A stretch of 55,752 nt of DNA from Actinomycetes bacterium. GTDB lineage: Bacteria; Actinomycetota; Acidimicrobiia; Acidimicrobiales; Bog-793. The stretch covers positions 1-55,752 of the forward strand of contig JAJYVX010000003.1 of the NCBI GenBank assembly GCA_021791795.1, written 5' to 3'. The notes under the pieces are model-generated. The model ran no database searches. It saw nothing but the letters and a program-made list of their open reading frames with translations, and was not told the DNA's origin. Positions 10,534 to 19,972 of this stretch are shown here, one piece after another. The translations under genes were made by a program, and so were the position numbers. Every line of letters starts with the position of its first letter. Position 1 is the first letter of the stretch.

Positions 10534-11811
10534 GTGAGGCAACGGGGAGCGACGCGGCGCCGTCCGCAGCGATACTCCGCTTTCGGCCTCCTGCGCCACG
10601 GTCTGCGGCACGACGACTGGCCGCGGGTCTGGCGAACGTCCGAGCTCGACCGCCGATACGACGTCGTGATAGTCGGCGCCGGCGTTCACGGGCTTGCAGC
10701 CGCGTACTACCTCGCTTCGAAGCATGGGATCTCGAAAGTGGCGGTCCTCGACAAGGGCTACGTGGGCGGCGGCGGCTCGGGACGCAACACGGCGATCCTT
10801 CGCTCGAACTACCTCACGCCCGAAGGCGTGCGCTTCTACGAGCGCTCGATGGAGCTCTACCGGAACCTCGCCGTCGACCTCAACTTCAACGTCATGTTCG
10901 CACAGCGCGGCCACCTGACCCTCGCACACACGGACGCCTCGCTCCGCACGATGGTCTGGCGCGCCGAGGTGAACAAGCTGCAGGGGGTGAATTCGGAAGT
11001 CGTCTCACCGGAGGAGGTGAAGCGACTCGTCCCCTTCATGGACGTCTCGAACCATGCCCGCTACCCGATCCTCGGAGCGCTCTACCACCCACCCGGCGGC
11101 ATCATCCGCCACGACGCCGTCAACTGGGGCTACGCGCGCGCTGCCAACGCGCTCGGCGTGGAGATCCATCAGAACACCGAGGTGACCGGGATCACCGTCC
11201 GCGACGGACGCGTCCAGGGCGTCACGACGCCGAGAGGCGAGATCGCCGCCCCGATCGTCCTCAACTGCACGGCCGGCTGGGCCTCGCTCGTCGCCGGCAT
11301 GGCAGGCGTGAAGCTGCCGATCATCACCCACCCGCTCCAAGCCGCCGTGACCGAGCCGGTGAAGGTGTTCCTCGGAGCCGTCGTCGTATCGGGGAGCCTG
11401 CACGTCTACGTGAGCCAGACGGACCGCGGGGAGCTCGTCTTCGGCGCTAGCACCGATCCGTACGCCTCGTACTCGATGCGCGGCTCGCTGGAATTCACCG
11501 AGGAGCTGGCATCGCACGTGCTCGAGCTGATGCCGTCCATAGGGAGGATGAGAGTGCTGCGCCAGTGGGCGGGGCTCTGCGACATGACGCCTGACTTCTC
11601 GCCCGTGATGGGGACCACGCCCGTCGAGGGCTTTCTCGTCGACGTCGGCTGGGGCACCTACGGCTTCAAGGCAGGTCCTGCCGCCGGCGAGGCGATGGCG
11701 GAGCTGGTTGCGACGGGAAGGACGCCCGAGCTGATAAGCGCGTTCGGCCTTGCCCGCTTCGAGCAGGGCCGGCTCGTCGGCGAGCGCGGCGCCGCGTCGG
11801 TAGGGCATTGA
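10534..11811 (+). CDS. soxB: Heterotetrameric sarcosine oxidase beta-subunit homologue / N-methylglutamate dehydrogenase subunit
   Basis: PQRYSAFGLLRHGLRHDDW N-terminus, FAD fold DVVIVGAGVHGLAAAYYL. AGGGAGG RBS (10521-10527) precedes in-frame GTGs at 10531 and 10534. The TTG at 10477 in the ORF track is probably too far upstream. Confidence 0.9.
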   Translation: MRQRGATRRRPQRYSAFGLLRHGLRHDDWPRVWRTSELDRRYDVVIVGAGVHGLAAAYYLASKHGISKVAVLDKGYVGGGGSGRNTAILRSNYLTPEGVRFYERSMELYRNLAVDLNFNVMFAQRGHLTLAHTDASLRTMVWRAEVNKLQGVNSEVVSPEEVKRLVPFMDVSNHARYPILGALYHPPGGIIRHDAVNWGYARAANALGVEIHQNTEVTGITVRDGRVQGVTTPRGEIAAPIVLNCTAGWASLVAGMAGVKLPIITHPLQAAVTEPVKVFLGAVVVSGSLHVYVSQTDRGELVFGASTDPYASYSMRGSLEFTEELASHVLELMPSIGRMRVLRQWAGLCDMTPDFSPVMGTTPVEGFLVDVGWGTYGFKAGPAAGEAMAELVATGRTPELISAFGLARFEQGRLVGERGAASVGH

Positions 11812-11818
11812 CCCGGCC

Positions 11819-12103
11819 ATGATCCTCCTCCCCTGCCCCCACTGCGGAAAGAGGAACTCGAACGAGTTCTCCTACCTCGGCGAGAGCGCGCCGCGACCGA
11901 CCGAGACGGGCGATGCGAAGCTGTGGCGTGCGTACCTTTACACCAAGGAGAACCCGGCCGGTTGGACCAGGGAGACCTGGCTCCACTCCGGCGGGTGCGG
12001 TAAGGCCTTCCTGGCCGAGCGCCACAGCGTGACGAACGAGGTGCGCGCGACATGGCTCCCCGGCAGGAAGGAGCCGGACACGACGACGGAGGCCGGCTCA
12101 TGA
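11819..12103 (+). CDS. soxD: Sarcosine oxidase delta-subunit homologue
   Basis: MILLPCPHCGKRNSNEFSYLGE zinc-ribbon N-terminus characteristic of SoxD. 94 aa. Confidence 0.9.
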   Translation: MILLPCPHCGKRNSNEFSYLGESAPRPTETGDAKLWRAYLYTKENPAGWTRETWLHSGGCGKAFLAERHSVTNEVRATWLPGRKEPDTTTEAGS

Positions 12104-14913
12104 CGCGCTCCCCACGACGACTCGATCCACGGCCGGGCGAGGTCATCGACAGGAACCGCAGGCTCGGCTTCAGCTGGAACGGGAAGCGCTACGAGGGCTA
12201 CGAGGGCGACACCATCGCGTCGGCCCTAGCGGCCGCGGGCGAGCGGATCTTCTCGCGCAGCTTCAAGTACCACCGGCCCCGCGGGATCCTCGCGGCGAGC
12301 CTTCACGACCCCAACCTCCTCGTCCAGGTCGGTGACGAGCCGAACGTCCGAGCCGGGTATCGCAAGCTCGAGGACGGCATGGCGGTGTCGGCGCAGAACG
12401 CGTGGCCGTCTCTCAACTACGACGTCGGGTCGCTCAACCAGACCGTCGCGCGCTTCCTCGGGGCGGGTTTCTACTACAAGACCTTCATGAAACCTCAGCG
12501 CCTCTGGCCCGCGTACGAACACGTGCTGCAGCGCTTCGCCGCAGGTGGGAAGGTCGCGCAAGGAGCCGAGAGGCGGGACTGCGACAAGCGCTACGCGCAT
12601 GCCGACGTGCTCGTGGCCGGCGGCGGGCCCGCGGGCATGTCCGCCGCGATCGCCGCGGCAGACGAAGGCGCCCGCGTCATGCTCGTCGAGGAGGAACCCG
12701 GCCTCGGGGGCCACCTCCGCTGGGGGACCCCGGACGACCTCGCCCGTCTCGCCGAGCTCCGCACCGAAGTGGCGGCCAGGCCGTCGATCGAGGTGCTCAC
12801 CTATTCGCTCGTCGCCGGGCGATACGACGACAACTGGATCTCAGTGCTGCAGCGGGGACTGCCGCAGGTGACCGAGAGGCTCGTGAAGGTGCGGGCGAAG
12901 GTGCTCGTTGTGGCCGTGGGGCTCATCGAGCGTCCCTACGTCTTCGAAGGCAACGACCTCCCCGGCGTCATGCTCAGCACCGCCGTGCGGCGACTCGTGA
13001 ACCTCTACGCCGTGAAACCCGGCGACCGCGCAGTCGTCTTCCTCGCGAACGAGGAGGGTGAGGCCGCCGCCGAGGACCTGCGACAGGCGGGCGTCGAAGT
13101 CCTCCGTGTCGTCGACGCCCGCAGAGGAGGCGGCCTGCTCAGAGCGCGCGGGCGCCGTGGTCTCGACTCGGTCGAGCTGCAGGACGGCTCGAGCGTCGCC
13201 TGCGACCTCCTCGTCACCGCCGTCGGTTGGACGGCGCCGATGCTGCTGCTCAACGCCTCGGGCGACCGGCCGACCTACGACGAGGAAGCCGCGCGCTTCG
13301 TGCCCGGTGGCGGCCTGCCCGACAACGTGCTCGCCACCGGGGGAATCCTCGGCGACGGGCCCGTCGGGCTGCTCGTCGACCACGGCCGCGCGACGGGTGC
13401 CCTCGCGGCGCGGCGTGCGCTCGGTGGTGACGCGGCGTCTTCCTCCTCACCCGAGGCGGTGCCGGCGCTGACTGCTGCACCGCATCCGGCGCTCTTTCGC
13501 TCGGGAACGCGCGGTTTCGTCGACTACTCCGAGGACGTGTCGGCTAAGGACCTCATGGCTGCCGCCCGGGAAGGCTACGACTCGGTCGAGCTGTTGAAGC
13601 GCTACACCACCGCAACGATGGGCCCGGCGCAGGGGAAGTTGGAGACGATCAACACCGTCGCAGTGCTGGCGGAGGCGACCGGCCGCTCGATCGGCGAGAC
13701 GGGGACGACCGTCTGGCGCCCGCCGCACTCTCCGATAAGCCTCGGAGCTCTTGCCGGGCGCAACTACGAACCGGTGCGGTACTCGCCGATGCAGCCCTGG
13801 CACGAGGCCAAGGGGGCGGTTCCGATAGTGGCCGGCCAGTGGATCCGGCCCGAGCACTATGGCGATCCGGCGGCCGAGGTGCTGAACGTCCGCAAGAACG
13901 TCGGGATCATCGACGTCACCCCGCTCGGCAAGCTCGACCTGCGCGGGCCGGATGTGTCGCGACTCCTCAACTTCCTCTATGTGAACAAGTGGTCCAAGCT
14001 CGAGGTCGGAGCGGTTCGCTACGGAGTGATGTGCGGCGAGGACGGCGTCGTTGCCGACGACGGCGTGACCGGCCGGCTGGGTCCCGAGCGCTACTTCATG
14101 TCGACAACGTCATCAGGCGCCGCCGCCATCCACGAGTGGATCGAGCGGTGGCTGCAGACCTCCTTTCGCGAGTGGCAGGTCCACGTCACGTCCATGACGA
14201 GCGCCTTCGCGAGCATCAACGTGGCCGGGCCACGCTCGCGCGAGTTGCTCGCCCGCCTGGTCGCGGATGTGGACCTCTCCGCTGCTGCGTTCCCCTACAT
14301 GAACGTGCGCCAAGGGAGCATCGCCGGCGTTCCCGGTTGCCTCATGTGGAGGATCGGCTTCACCGGCGAGCTGAGCTACGAGTTGCACGTACCGTCCGGC
14401 TACGGCCTTTCGGTCTGGGAGGCGCTCCTCGAGAGCGGGCGCGACCTCGGTGCCGCGCCCTTCGGGGTCGAGGCGCAGCGGATCATGCGGCTCGAGAAGG
14501 GGCACTTCATCGTCGGGCAGGACACGGACGGTCTCACCCAGGCGTTCACTGCCGGCCTCGATTGGCTGGTCAAGCTCGACAAGGAAGACTTCGCCGGCAA
14601 GGCGGAGCTCGTCTTCGAGTCCGAGCGTCCTCGGGAGTCGAGGCTCGTCGGGCTGCAGCCAGTGGACCCGACCGTGGTGCCGCCCGAGGCCAGCCAGATC
14701 GTGAGCGGCTCGAGCACGATCGAGGGACGGATCACCTCGAGCAGGTTCTCTCCGACCCTCAACCGCGCCATCTGCCTCGGCATCGTCTCGCAGCGCTGCG
14801 CGAGTCCGGGCACGGTCGTCACCGTCGTCCACCCGGACGGCACACGCACGCCGACCCGGGTGATGGAGCACCATGCCCACTTCGACCCGGAAGGGACCCG
14901 CCTCCGTGCCTGA
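12100..14913 (+). CDS. soxA: Sarcosine oxidase alpha-subunit homologue (NAD/FAD fold plus folate-binding GcvT-like C-terminus)
   Basis: ATG at 12100 overlaps the soxD stop (ATGA). GFSWNGKRYEGYEGDTIASALAA N-terminus, ADVLVAGGGPAGMSAAIAAA, and a GcvT-like C-terminal domain. Confidence 0.9.
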   Translation: MTRSPRRLDPRPGEVIDRNRRLGFSWNGKRYEGYEGDTIASALAAAGERIFSRSFKYHRPRGILAASLHDPNLLVQVGDEPNVRAGYRKLEDGMAVSAQNAWPSLNYDVGSLNQTVARFLGAGFYYKTFMKPQRLWPAYEHVLQRFAAGGKVAQGAERRDCDKRYAHADVLVAGGGPAGMSAAIAAADEGARVMLVEEEPGLGGHLRWGTPDDLARLAELRTEVAARPSIEVLTYSLVAGRYDDNWISVLQRGLPQVTERLVKVRAKVLVVAVGLIERPYVFEGNDLPGVMLSTAVRRLVNLYAVKPGDRAVVFLANEEGEAAAEDLRQAGVEVLRVVDARRGGGLLRARGRRGLDSVELQDGSSVACDLLVTAVGWTAPMLLLNASGDRPTYDEEAARFVPGGGLPDNVLATGGILGDGPVGLLVDHGRATGALAARRALGGDAASSSSPEAVPALTAAPHPALFRSGTRGFVDYSEDVSAKDLMAAAREGYDSVELLKRYTTATMGPAQGKLETINTVAVLAEATGRSIGETGTTVWRPPHSPISLGALAGRNYEPVRYSPMQPWHEAKGAVPIVAGQWIRPEHYGDPAAEVLNVRKNVGIIDVTPLGKLDLRGPDVSRLLNFLYVNKWSKLEVGAVRYGVMCGEDGVVADDGVTGRLGPERYFMSTTSSGAAAIHEWIERWLQTSFREWQVHVTSMTSAFASINVAGPRSRELLARLVADVDLSAAAFPYMNVRQGSIAGVPGCLMWRIGFTGELSYELHVPSGYGLSVWEALLESGRDLGAAPFGVEAQRIMRLEKGHFIVGQDTDGLTQAFTAGLDWLVKLDKEDFAGKAELVFESERPRESRLVGLQPVDPTVVPPEASQIVSGSSTIEGRITSSRFSPTLNRAICLGIVSQRCASPGTVVTVVHPDGTRTPTRVMEHHAHFDPEGTRLRA

Positions 14914-14929
14914 TCCGATCGCCACGGCG

Positions 14930-15538
14930 ATGCTCGCACGCTCACCCGTGCGCCAGTCGAAACCTCTCCGCCAGGAGGCCGGCTGGGAGGTGTCGTCCGC
15001 CGACACGGGGGCTGCTCTGGAGCTGGCGGACCTGACGCCGATCACCAAGGTTCTCGTACGCGCCTCATCTTCCGCAGTCGGCTCGTCGTTCTCGGACTTC
15101 GGTCGCGCGAGGAGGGACGAAGCGGGTCACCTCGTGGTGGGGGCGCGTCCCGACGAGTGGATCGTCTTCGGGAAGGCCGGGAGTGCCGCCGCAACGATCT
15201 CCCAGATAGAGGAACGTCTCGCCGGCGCAGAAGGGCTCGTGACCCTGGTCGACGTCACGCACCGGGACGTCGTGTTCCTCCTCAGCGGGACCGACGCCCG
15301 CGGGGTGCTGGAAAAGATCTGTGCCATCGACCTCTCGGACAGGACGAGCCCGGACGGCACGGCCTTCCGAAGCAGGGTGGCGGGCGTGAGCTGCCTGGTG
15401 GTGCGCGAGGACCGGGACGGCCGGCCCGCTTACCTCATCGACGCCGACCGGTCCTACGGTCAATACCTCTTCGACGTGCTGGTCGACGCCGGAGCGGAGT
15501 TCTCTGTGGAGGTGGCGGGCTACACAGAGGTCTTCTGA
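14930..15538 (+). CDS. soxG: Sarcosine oxidase gamma-subunit homologue
   Basis: Position after soxA, about 200 aa, MLARSPV... N-terminus. The ORF-track start at 14873 would overlap soxA by 41 nt, so the start is uncertain. Confidence 0.75.
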   Translation: MLARSPVRQSKPLRQEAGWEVSSADTGAALELADLTPITKVLVRASSSAVGSSFSDFGRARRDEAGHLVVGARPDEWIVFGKAGSAAATISQIEERLAGAEGLVTLVDVTHRDVVFLLSGTDARGVLEKICAIDLSDRTSPDGTAFRSRVAGVSCLVVREDRDGRPAYLIDADRSYGQYLFDVLVDAGAEFSVEVAGYTEVF

Positions 15539-15556
15539 GACCGTTAGCTCAGAAGA
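15531..15556. terminator. Shared hairpin spanning both stop codons of convergent soxG and the GS-like gene
   Basis: TCTTCTGAG (15531-15539) and CTCAGAAGA (15548-15556) are perfect reverse complements around the 8-nt loop ACCGTTAG. The soxG TGA (15536-15538) and the minus-strand TGA (15549-15551) lie inside the two arms. Confidence 0.4.
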
Positions 15557-16907
15557 GGGTGAGATACCGGTCGACCTCCCAGGGCGTGACATCGGAATGC
15601 CACGCCTGGAATTCCGCTCGCTTCACCTTGGCGTAGTAGTCGATGTAGTCACCCTGGCGCGTCCTGCCGAGACCGTCACGGAGCACGTCGTCCTTCACCA
15701 GTGCGTCCACGGCGTGGAGCAGGGTCGGAGGGAGGGTCTTGATGCCCCGGCCGTTCACTTCTTCGACGGACAGCTCGTACAGGTTGTCCATGTTGGGCTC
15801 ACCCGGGTCGATCTTGCGATCCACCCCGTCGAGGCCTGCGGCCAGTTGCACCGCGAGTGCCAGGTAGGGGTTCGCCGCCCCATCACAGGCCCTGTTCTCC
15901 ACCCTTCCACCGTCTGGCACGCGCAGCATCTGAGTCCGGTTGTTCCCTCCGTAGGTCGCGTACGCCGGAGCCCAGGTGGCGCCCGAGGTGGGCGCGCCTA
16001 CCCCCATGCGCTTGTACGAGTTCACCGTCGGGCATGTCACAGCTGTGAGCGCGCTGGAGTGCTCGATCAATCCTCCGACGAAGTAATACCCCATCTCCGA
16101 GAGGCCGAGGCCGCGCGGGTCGTCCTCGTCGGCGAAGAGCTCGGCGCCGGTCTTCGCGTCCCACAGGCTCGAGTGGAAGTGCAGCCCGTTGCCCGTGAGG
16201 TTCGCGAACGGTTTCGGCATGAAGGTCGCGGCGAGCCCGGCGCGGTGCGCGACCATGTGGACCATGTACCGGAAGAAGATCATCCTGTCCGCGCTCGTGA
16301 GGGCTTCCGCGAACTTGAAGTTCTGCTCGAATTGGCCGTTCGCGTCCTCGTGGTCGTTCGCGTAGTTCTCCCAGCCGAGTTGGTTCAGGTAGCGGGAGAT
16401 CGTCGTGAGATGGTCATACATGCGGCTCAAGCCTTTGGCGTCGTAACACGGAGCTTCGAAGCGGTCCAGCTCGTCCGCAACCGCGATCCCGCCACTCTCG
16501 GTCCGGCGCACGAGGAAGTACTCGGCCTCGCACCCGACGTTGAACACGAGGCCGCGCTCCTCGACCCGTTCGAGCATGCGCTTCAGGATCACTCGCGGCG
16601 AGTAGGGCCAGGGCTCACCCTCGACGTGTATGTCGCACTGGACGACTGCGAGCCCGGGTTGCCAGGGCGCAACCGTGTACGAAGAGGCGTCGGGTACCGC
16701 GATGAGGTCGGGATCGGCCGGCGTCTGGCCCATCGGGCCGGCGGCGAAGCCGGCGAAGCCCGACCCGCCCCCGAAAAGGACGTCGAGCGCCTCGACCGGG
16801 ACGAGCTTGGCGCACGGCTTGCCGTGCATGTCGACGAACATCGCGAAGACGAACTCAACACCGTCCGCCTCGGCCTGAGCCTTCACCTGGTTGCCGGCCT
16901 CGAGCAC
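15549..16907 (-). CDS. gmaS: Glutamine synthetase-family protein, probable gamma-glutamylmethylamide synthetase
   Basis: GS beta-grasp and catalytic domains (VEFVFAMFVDMHGKPCAKLVP..., NGLHFHSSLW, RVPDGGRVENR). The 715-aa ORF is an artefactual upstream extension that runs through the next gene. In-frame GTG starts lie at 16907 (GGGGA RBS) or 16943 (AAGGAAAGG RBS). Confidence 0.85.
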   Translation of the reverse strand: MLEAGNQVKAQAEADGVEFVFAMFVDMHGKPCAKLVPVEALDVLFGGGSGFAGFAAGPMGQTPADPDLIAVPDASSYTVAPWQPGLAVVQCDIHVEGEPWPYSPRVILKRMLERVEERGLVFNVGCEAEYFLVRRTESGGIAVADELDRFEAPCYDAKGLSRMYDHLTTISRYLNQLGWENYANDHEDANGQFEQNFKFAEALTSADRMIFFRYMVHMVAHRAGLAATFMPKPFANLTGNGLHFHSSLWDAKTGAELFADEDDPRGLGLSEMGYYFVGGLIEHSSALTAVTCPTVNSYKRMGVGAPTSGATWAPAYATYGGNNRTQMLRVPDGGRVENRACDGAANPYLALAVQLAAGLDGVDRKIDPGEPNMDNLYELSVEEVNGRGIKTLPPTLLHAVDALVKDDVLRDGLGRTRQGDYIDYYAKVKRAEFQAWHSDVTPWEVDRYLTLF

Positions 16908-17008
16908 GACATCCCCTTTCGATCGAGCTCCGTGACCGGTCACCCGGCGAGCTGCCTTTCCTTGCTTGTTCTCGGTGGACGACCACAAGCCGGCCAGAGG
17001 AGTGCCGC

Positions 17009-18397
17009 CTAGGCCTTCTCCCAGCCGGGGATCCAGTTGGTGCCGGCGAGCGGCACCCTTGCCATGGCCGCCGCCTCCAACGTGAGGCCGACGAGGTCGT
17101 CCGGCTCGAGGTTGTGCACGTCCGACTTCCCGCACGCTCGGGCGAGCGCCGTGAGCTCCATGGTGAGGCCCTTCAGGTAGTTCGTCATCCAGCGCGAACC
17201 GAGCTCCGGATCGAGGCGCGCCTCGAGGTCCGGGTCCTGTGTCGTCACACCGACGGGGCACATCCCCGTGTGGCAGTGATGGCAGTAGCCAGGCTCGGTG
17301 CCGAGCGCGAGGTAGTCGCCGACGGCATCCTGCTCGACACCGTCCTCCACATAGGTCGGCCGGTTGCAGCCGAGGGCCACGAGCGAGGCGACGCCGACAG
17401 AGACTGCGTCTGCGCCGAGCGCGAGCGCTTTGGCGACGTCCGCCCCCGAGCGTATTCCTCCGGACACTATGAGCTGCACCTTGTCCTTCATGCCGATGTC
17501 CCGCAAGGCGTCGGAGGCGATTCGCACGGCGGGCAGGGTCGGTATGCCCGCGTGCTCGATGAACACCGTCTGGGTCGCTCCCGTTCCTCCCTGCATGCCG
17601 TCGATCACGACGACGTCGGCGCCGGCCGCGACCGCGAGCTTGACGTCGTGCTCGACGCGGGTCGCGCCGAACTTTACGTAGATGGGCTTCTCCCAACTGG
17701 TCGCCTCGCGCAGCTCCCCGATCTTGATCCTCAGGTCGTCGGGACCGGTCCAGTCGGGATGCCGTGACGCCGAGCGCTGGTCGATGCCCGCCGGGAGCGT
17801 CCGCATCGCGGCCACGCGCTCGCTCACCTTCTGCCCGAGGAGCATGCCGCCACCGCCTGGCTTCGCACCCTGTCCGATGACCACCTCTATGGCGTCAGCC
17901 GCCTTCAGGTGATCGGGGTTGAAGCCGTAGCGCGACGGCAGGCATTGGTACACGAGCAGGCGCGACGCTCGGCGCTCCTCGTCGGTCATTCCGCCGTCAC
18001 CTGTCGTCGTGGACGTGCCGGTGTTCGTGGCAGCTCGGCCCAGGGCCTCCTTCGCGCTTGCTGAGAGCGCGCCGAAGCTCATTCCGGCGATGGTTATGGG
18101 GATGTCGAGCTCAAGCGGGCGCTTGGCGTAGCGCGTACCGAGCACGGTCTTCGTATCGCAGCGCTCCCTGTATCCCTCGAGCGGGTAGCGAGTCAGCGAG
18201 GCCGTCAGGAACACGAGGTCGTCGAAGCTCGGCAACACCCGCTTCGCACCCCAACCCCGGATCTCGTAGCGGCCGACGTCGGCCATCTCGTGTATCTGGC
18301 CGATCACCTCACGCGAGAACGTGTGGCTTGGCACGGCACCGGTCCACCGCACGCGGTTGGTGCCCGGGCCCCCGGGCGTATCTGCGTCGTTGCTCAT
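17009..18397 (-). CDS. mgsC: FMN-binding glutamate synthase-family protein (GlxD-like; N-methylglutamate synthase subunit C candidate)
   Basis: GltS FMN-domain motifs (GQGAKPGGGGML, LIVSGGIRSGADVAKALALGADAV). 462 aa. Confidence 0.85.
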   Translation of the reverse strand: MSNDADTPGGPGTNRVRWTGAVPSHTFSREVIGQIHEMADVGRYEIRGWGAKRVLPSFDDLVFLTASLTRYPLEGYRERCDTKTVLGTRYAKRPLELDIPITIAGMSFGALSASAKEALGRAATNTGTSTTTGDGGMTDEERRASRLLVYQCLPSRYGFNPDHLKAADAIEVVIGQGAKPGGGGMLLGQKVSERVAAMRTLPAGIDQRSASRHPDWTGPDDLRIKIGELREATSWEKPIYVKFGATRVEHDVKLAVAAGADVVVIDGMQGGTGATQTVFIEHAGIPTLPAVRIASDALRDIGMKDKVQLIVSGGIRSGADVAKALALGADAVSVGVASLVALGCNRPTYVEDGVEQDAVGDYLALGTEPGYCHHCHTGMCPVGVTTQDPDLEARLDPELGSRWMTNYLKGLTMELTALARACGKSDVHNLEPDDLVGLTLEAAAMARVPLAGTNWIPGWEKA

Positions 18398-18398
18398 G

Positions 18399-19091
18399 TC
18401 AGTACTTCTGGTCCTTCAGGGCATCGAAGTTGTAGAGCTGCTTGGCGGAGGCCACCCTCTTCACGTCCTCCGCCGACACGTGGTCGAAGCGAGCAGCCTG
18501 CAGGATGCGTCGCACCTCCTCCACGTCGTCTGAGGAGATTTCCTCGAGTCTCGCGTCGGAACCGAGCGAGGCGATCTTCCCGGCCACGTAGATCACGGCC
18601 TCGTAGAGGCTGTCGCCGAGAGCCGACCCGGCATCGCCGCCGATCAGGATCGTTCCGGCCTGTGCCATGAAACCGCTCATGTGGCCGACGTCGCCCGCGA
18701 CGGCGAGCGTGGAGCCCTTGAGCGAGATGCCGGCACGCGACGACGCGTCTCCCTCGACGACGACGATCCCGCCGTGAGCTGAGGCCGCGGCGCACTCCGA
18801 AGCGTTGCCACGGACCCGCCCCGACCCGCTCATCAGGTTCTCCCCCACTGACCAACCGACGAACCCGTCCACGACGACGTCCGGGCCGTCACAGAGACCC
18901 CCGATGAAGTAGCCGGCGTTGCCCTCGATCGAGATGGAGAGCTTGTTCGAGAGGCCCACCGAGAGGTTGTGGCGTCCGCGGGGCTCCGTTATGCGAACCT
19001 GCGCGCCGTCCGGCAAACCCCGCAGCGCAGCGTTGACCTCGCTCACAGAGAGCTCGCCGCAGCTCAGCTCGACCACGGTGGCCGTCACCAT
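18399..19091 (-). CDS. mgsB: GXGXG-motif glutamate synthase domain protein (GlxC-like; N-methylglutamate synthase subunit B candidate)
   Basis: Repeated GXGXG beta-helix motifs (GNAGYFIGG, GDVGHMSGF). 230 aa. Its stop lies 1 nt upstream of the next gene's start. Confidence 0.85.
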   Translation of the reverse strand: MVTATVVELSCGELSVSEVNAALRGLPDGAQVRITEPRGRHNLSVGLSNKLSISIEGNAGYFIGGLCDGPDVVVDGFVGWSVGENLMSGSGRVRGNASECAAASAHGGIVVVEGDASSRAGISLKGSTLAVAGDVGHMSGFMAQAGTILIGGDAGSALGDSLYEAVIYVAGKIASLGSDARLEEISSDDVEEVRRILQAARFDHVSAEDVKRVASAKQLYNFDALKDQKY

Positions 19092-19972
19092 GTGAAGATC
19101 TCCTCGGGCTGCGGCTCGAACACGCGTGCCTCCTCTATCCCGGGGAGATCGGTGAGAGCGACGTACTCAGAGGCCACCGCGACGTACTCAGGAGTCTCGG
19201 CCACGACGAGTGGCTTGCAGGCCGAGGCGTCGCGGACGACGGCGATCGAGTCCTCTGCGGCGACGAGGAGGGTGAAGAAGCCGTCGAACGTCCGCATGAC
19301 CCCGTAGAGAGCGTCTTTCAGGTCGCCACCGCCAGCCATCTCGCGCGCTATGTAGCGCGCGGCCACCTCGGAGTCGTTGTCCGTGTCGCACTCGACGCCC
19401 TCCGCGGCGAGGTCCCGCCGGATGCTCGCGTAGTTGGAGAAGCTTCCGTTGTGCACGAGCGAGATGTCGCAGCCGCCCGCGAACGGGTGCGAATGCTCGG
19501 TGGTCACAGCCGACTCGGTCGCCATCCGCGTGTGGCCTATCGCCGCGTATCCGGACCTGTTCGCGATTCCGTAGGCGCCGCAGACCTCGAGAGGCGACCC
19601 GACGTCCTTGTAGAGCTCGAGTGCCCGCCCGTAGCCGAAGAGCCGGACGCCTGGCGCGACGTTGCCGAGGGCGTGCTTCATCTCGTCGTTGCTCGCCGTG
19701 GTGACGCAGACCGCCTGGCGGCCCCTCCGCTCGAGGCGCACCTCTGTCCCGAGCTCCTCGGCGAGGGGCGGCTCCAGTGAGTCCCAGTCGAGCTCCGCCG
19801 GTGCGCTGAGCGAGTACTTGAGCTCTCCCGGCTCGAGGTCACGGTCGTAGATGGCGATACCGGCCGAGTCCGGTCCTCTCGAGGTGAGGTGGTCGAGCAT
19901 CGGCACCATGAGCTTGCCCAGCAGCGGTTGCAGGTCCTCGTTCTTCAGCAGAAGGCCAGCGATTCCGCACAT
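19085..19972 (-). CDS. mgsA: Class II (Ntn) glutamine amidotransferase (GlxB-like; N-methylglutamate synthase subunit A candidate)
   Basis: N-terminal MCGIAG with catalytic Cys2. AGGAGG RBS upstream. Overlaps the downstream gene by 7 nt. Confidence 0.85.
   Translation of the reverse strand: MCGIAGLLLKNEDLQPLLGKLMVPMLDHLTSRGPDSAGIAIYDRDLEPGELKYSLSAPAELDWDSLEPPLAEELGTEVRLERRGRQAVCVTTASNDEMKHALGNVAPGVRLFGYGRALELYKDVGSPLEVCGAYGIANRSGYAAIGHTRMATESAVTTEHSHPFAGGCDISLVHNGSFSNYASIRRDLAAEGVECDTDNDSEVAARYIAREMAGGGDLKDALYGVMRTFDGFFTLLVAAEDSIAVVRDASACKPLVVAETPEYVAVASEYVALTDLPGIEEARVFEPQPEEIFTW

Noticed and set aside
10534-15538. Calling the four-subunit oxidase definitively mgdABCD.
   Set aside because: The sequence alone cannot separate sarcosine oxidase from N-methylglutamate dehydrogenase. 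Gene symbols are kept as sox homologues, and the pathway reassignment is reported as a finding.
16908-17696. N-terminal 260-aa extension of the GS-like ORF. Analogous extensions: 38619-38981, 46673-46762, 48090-48479.
   Set aside because: The extensions are Arg-rich and run through the 3' ends of the upstream genes. In-frame GTG starts forming 4-nt overlaps, or preceded by an RBS, give products of normal family length.
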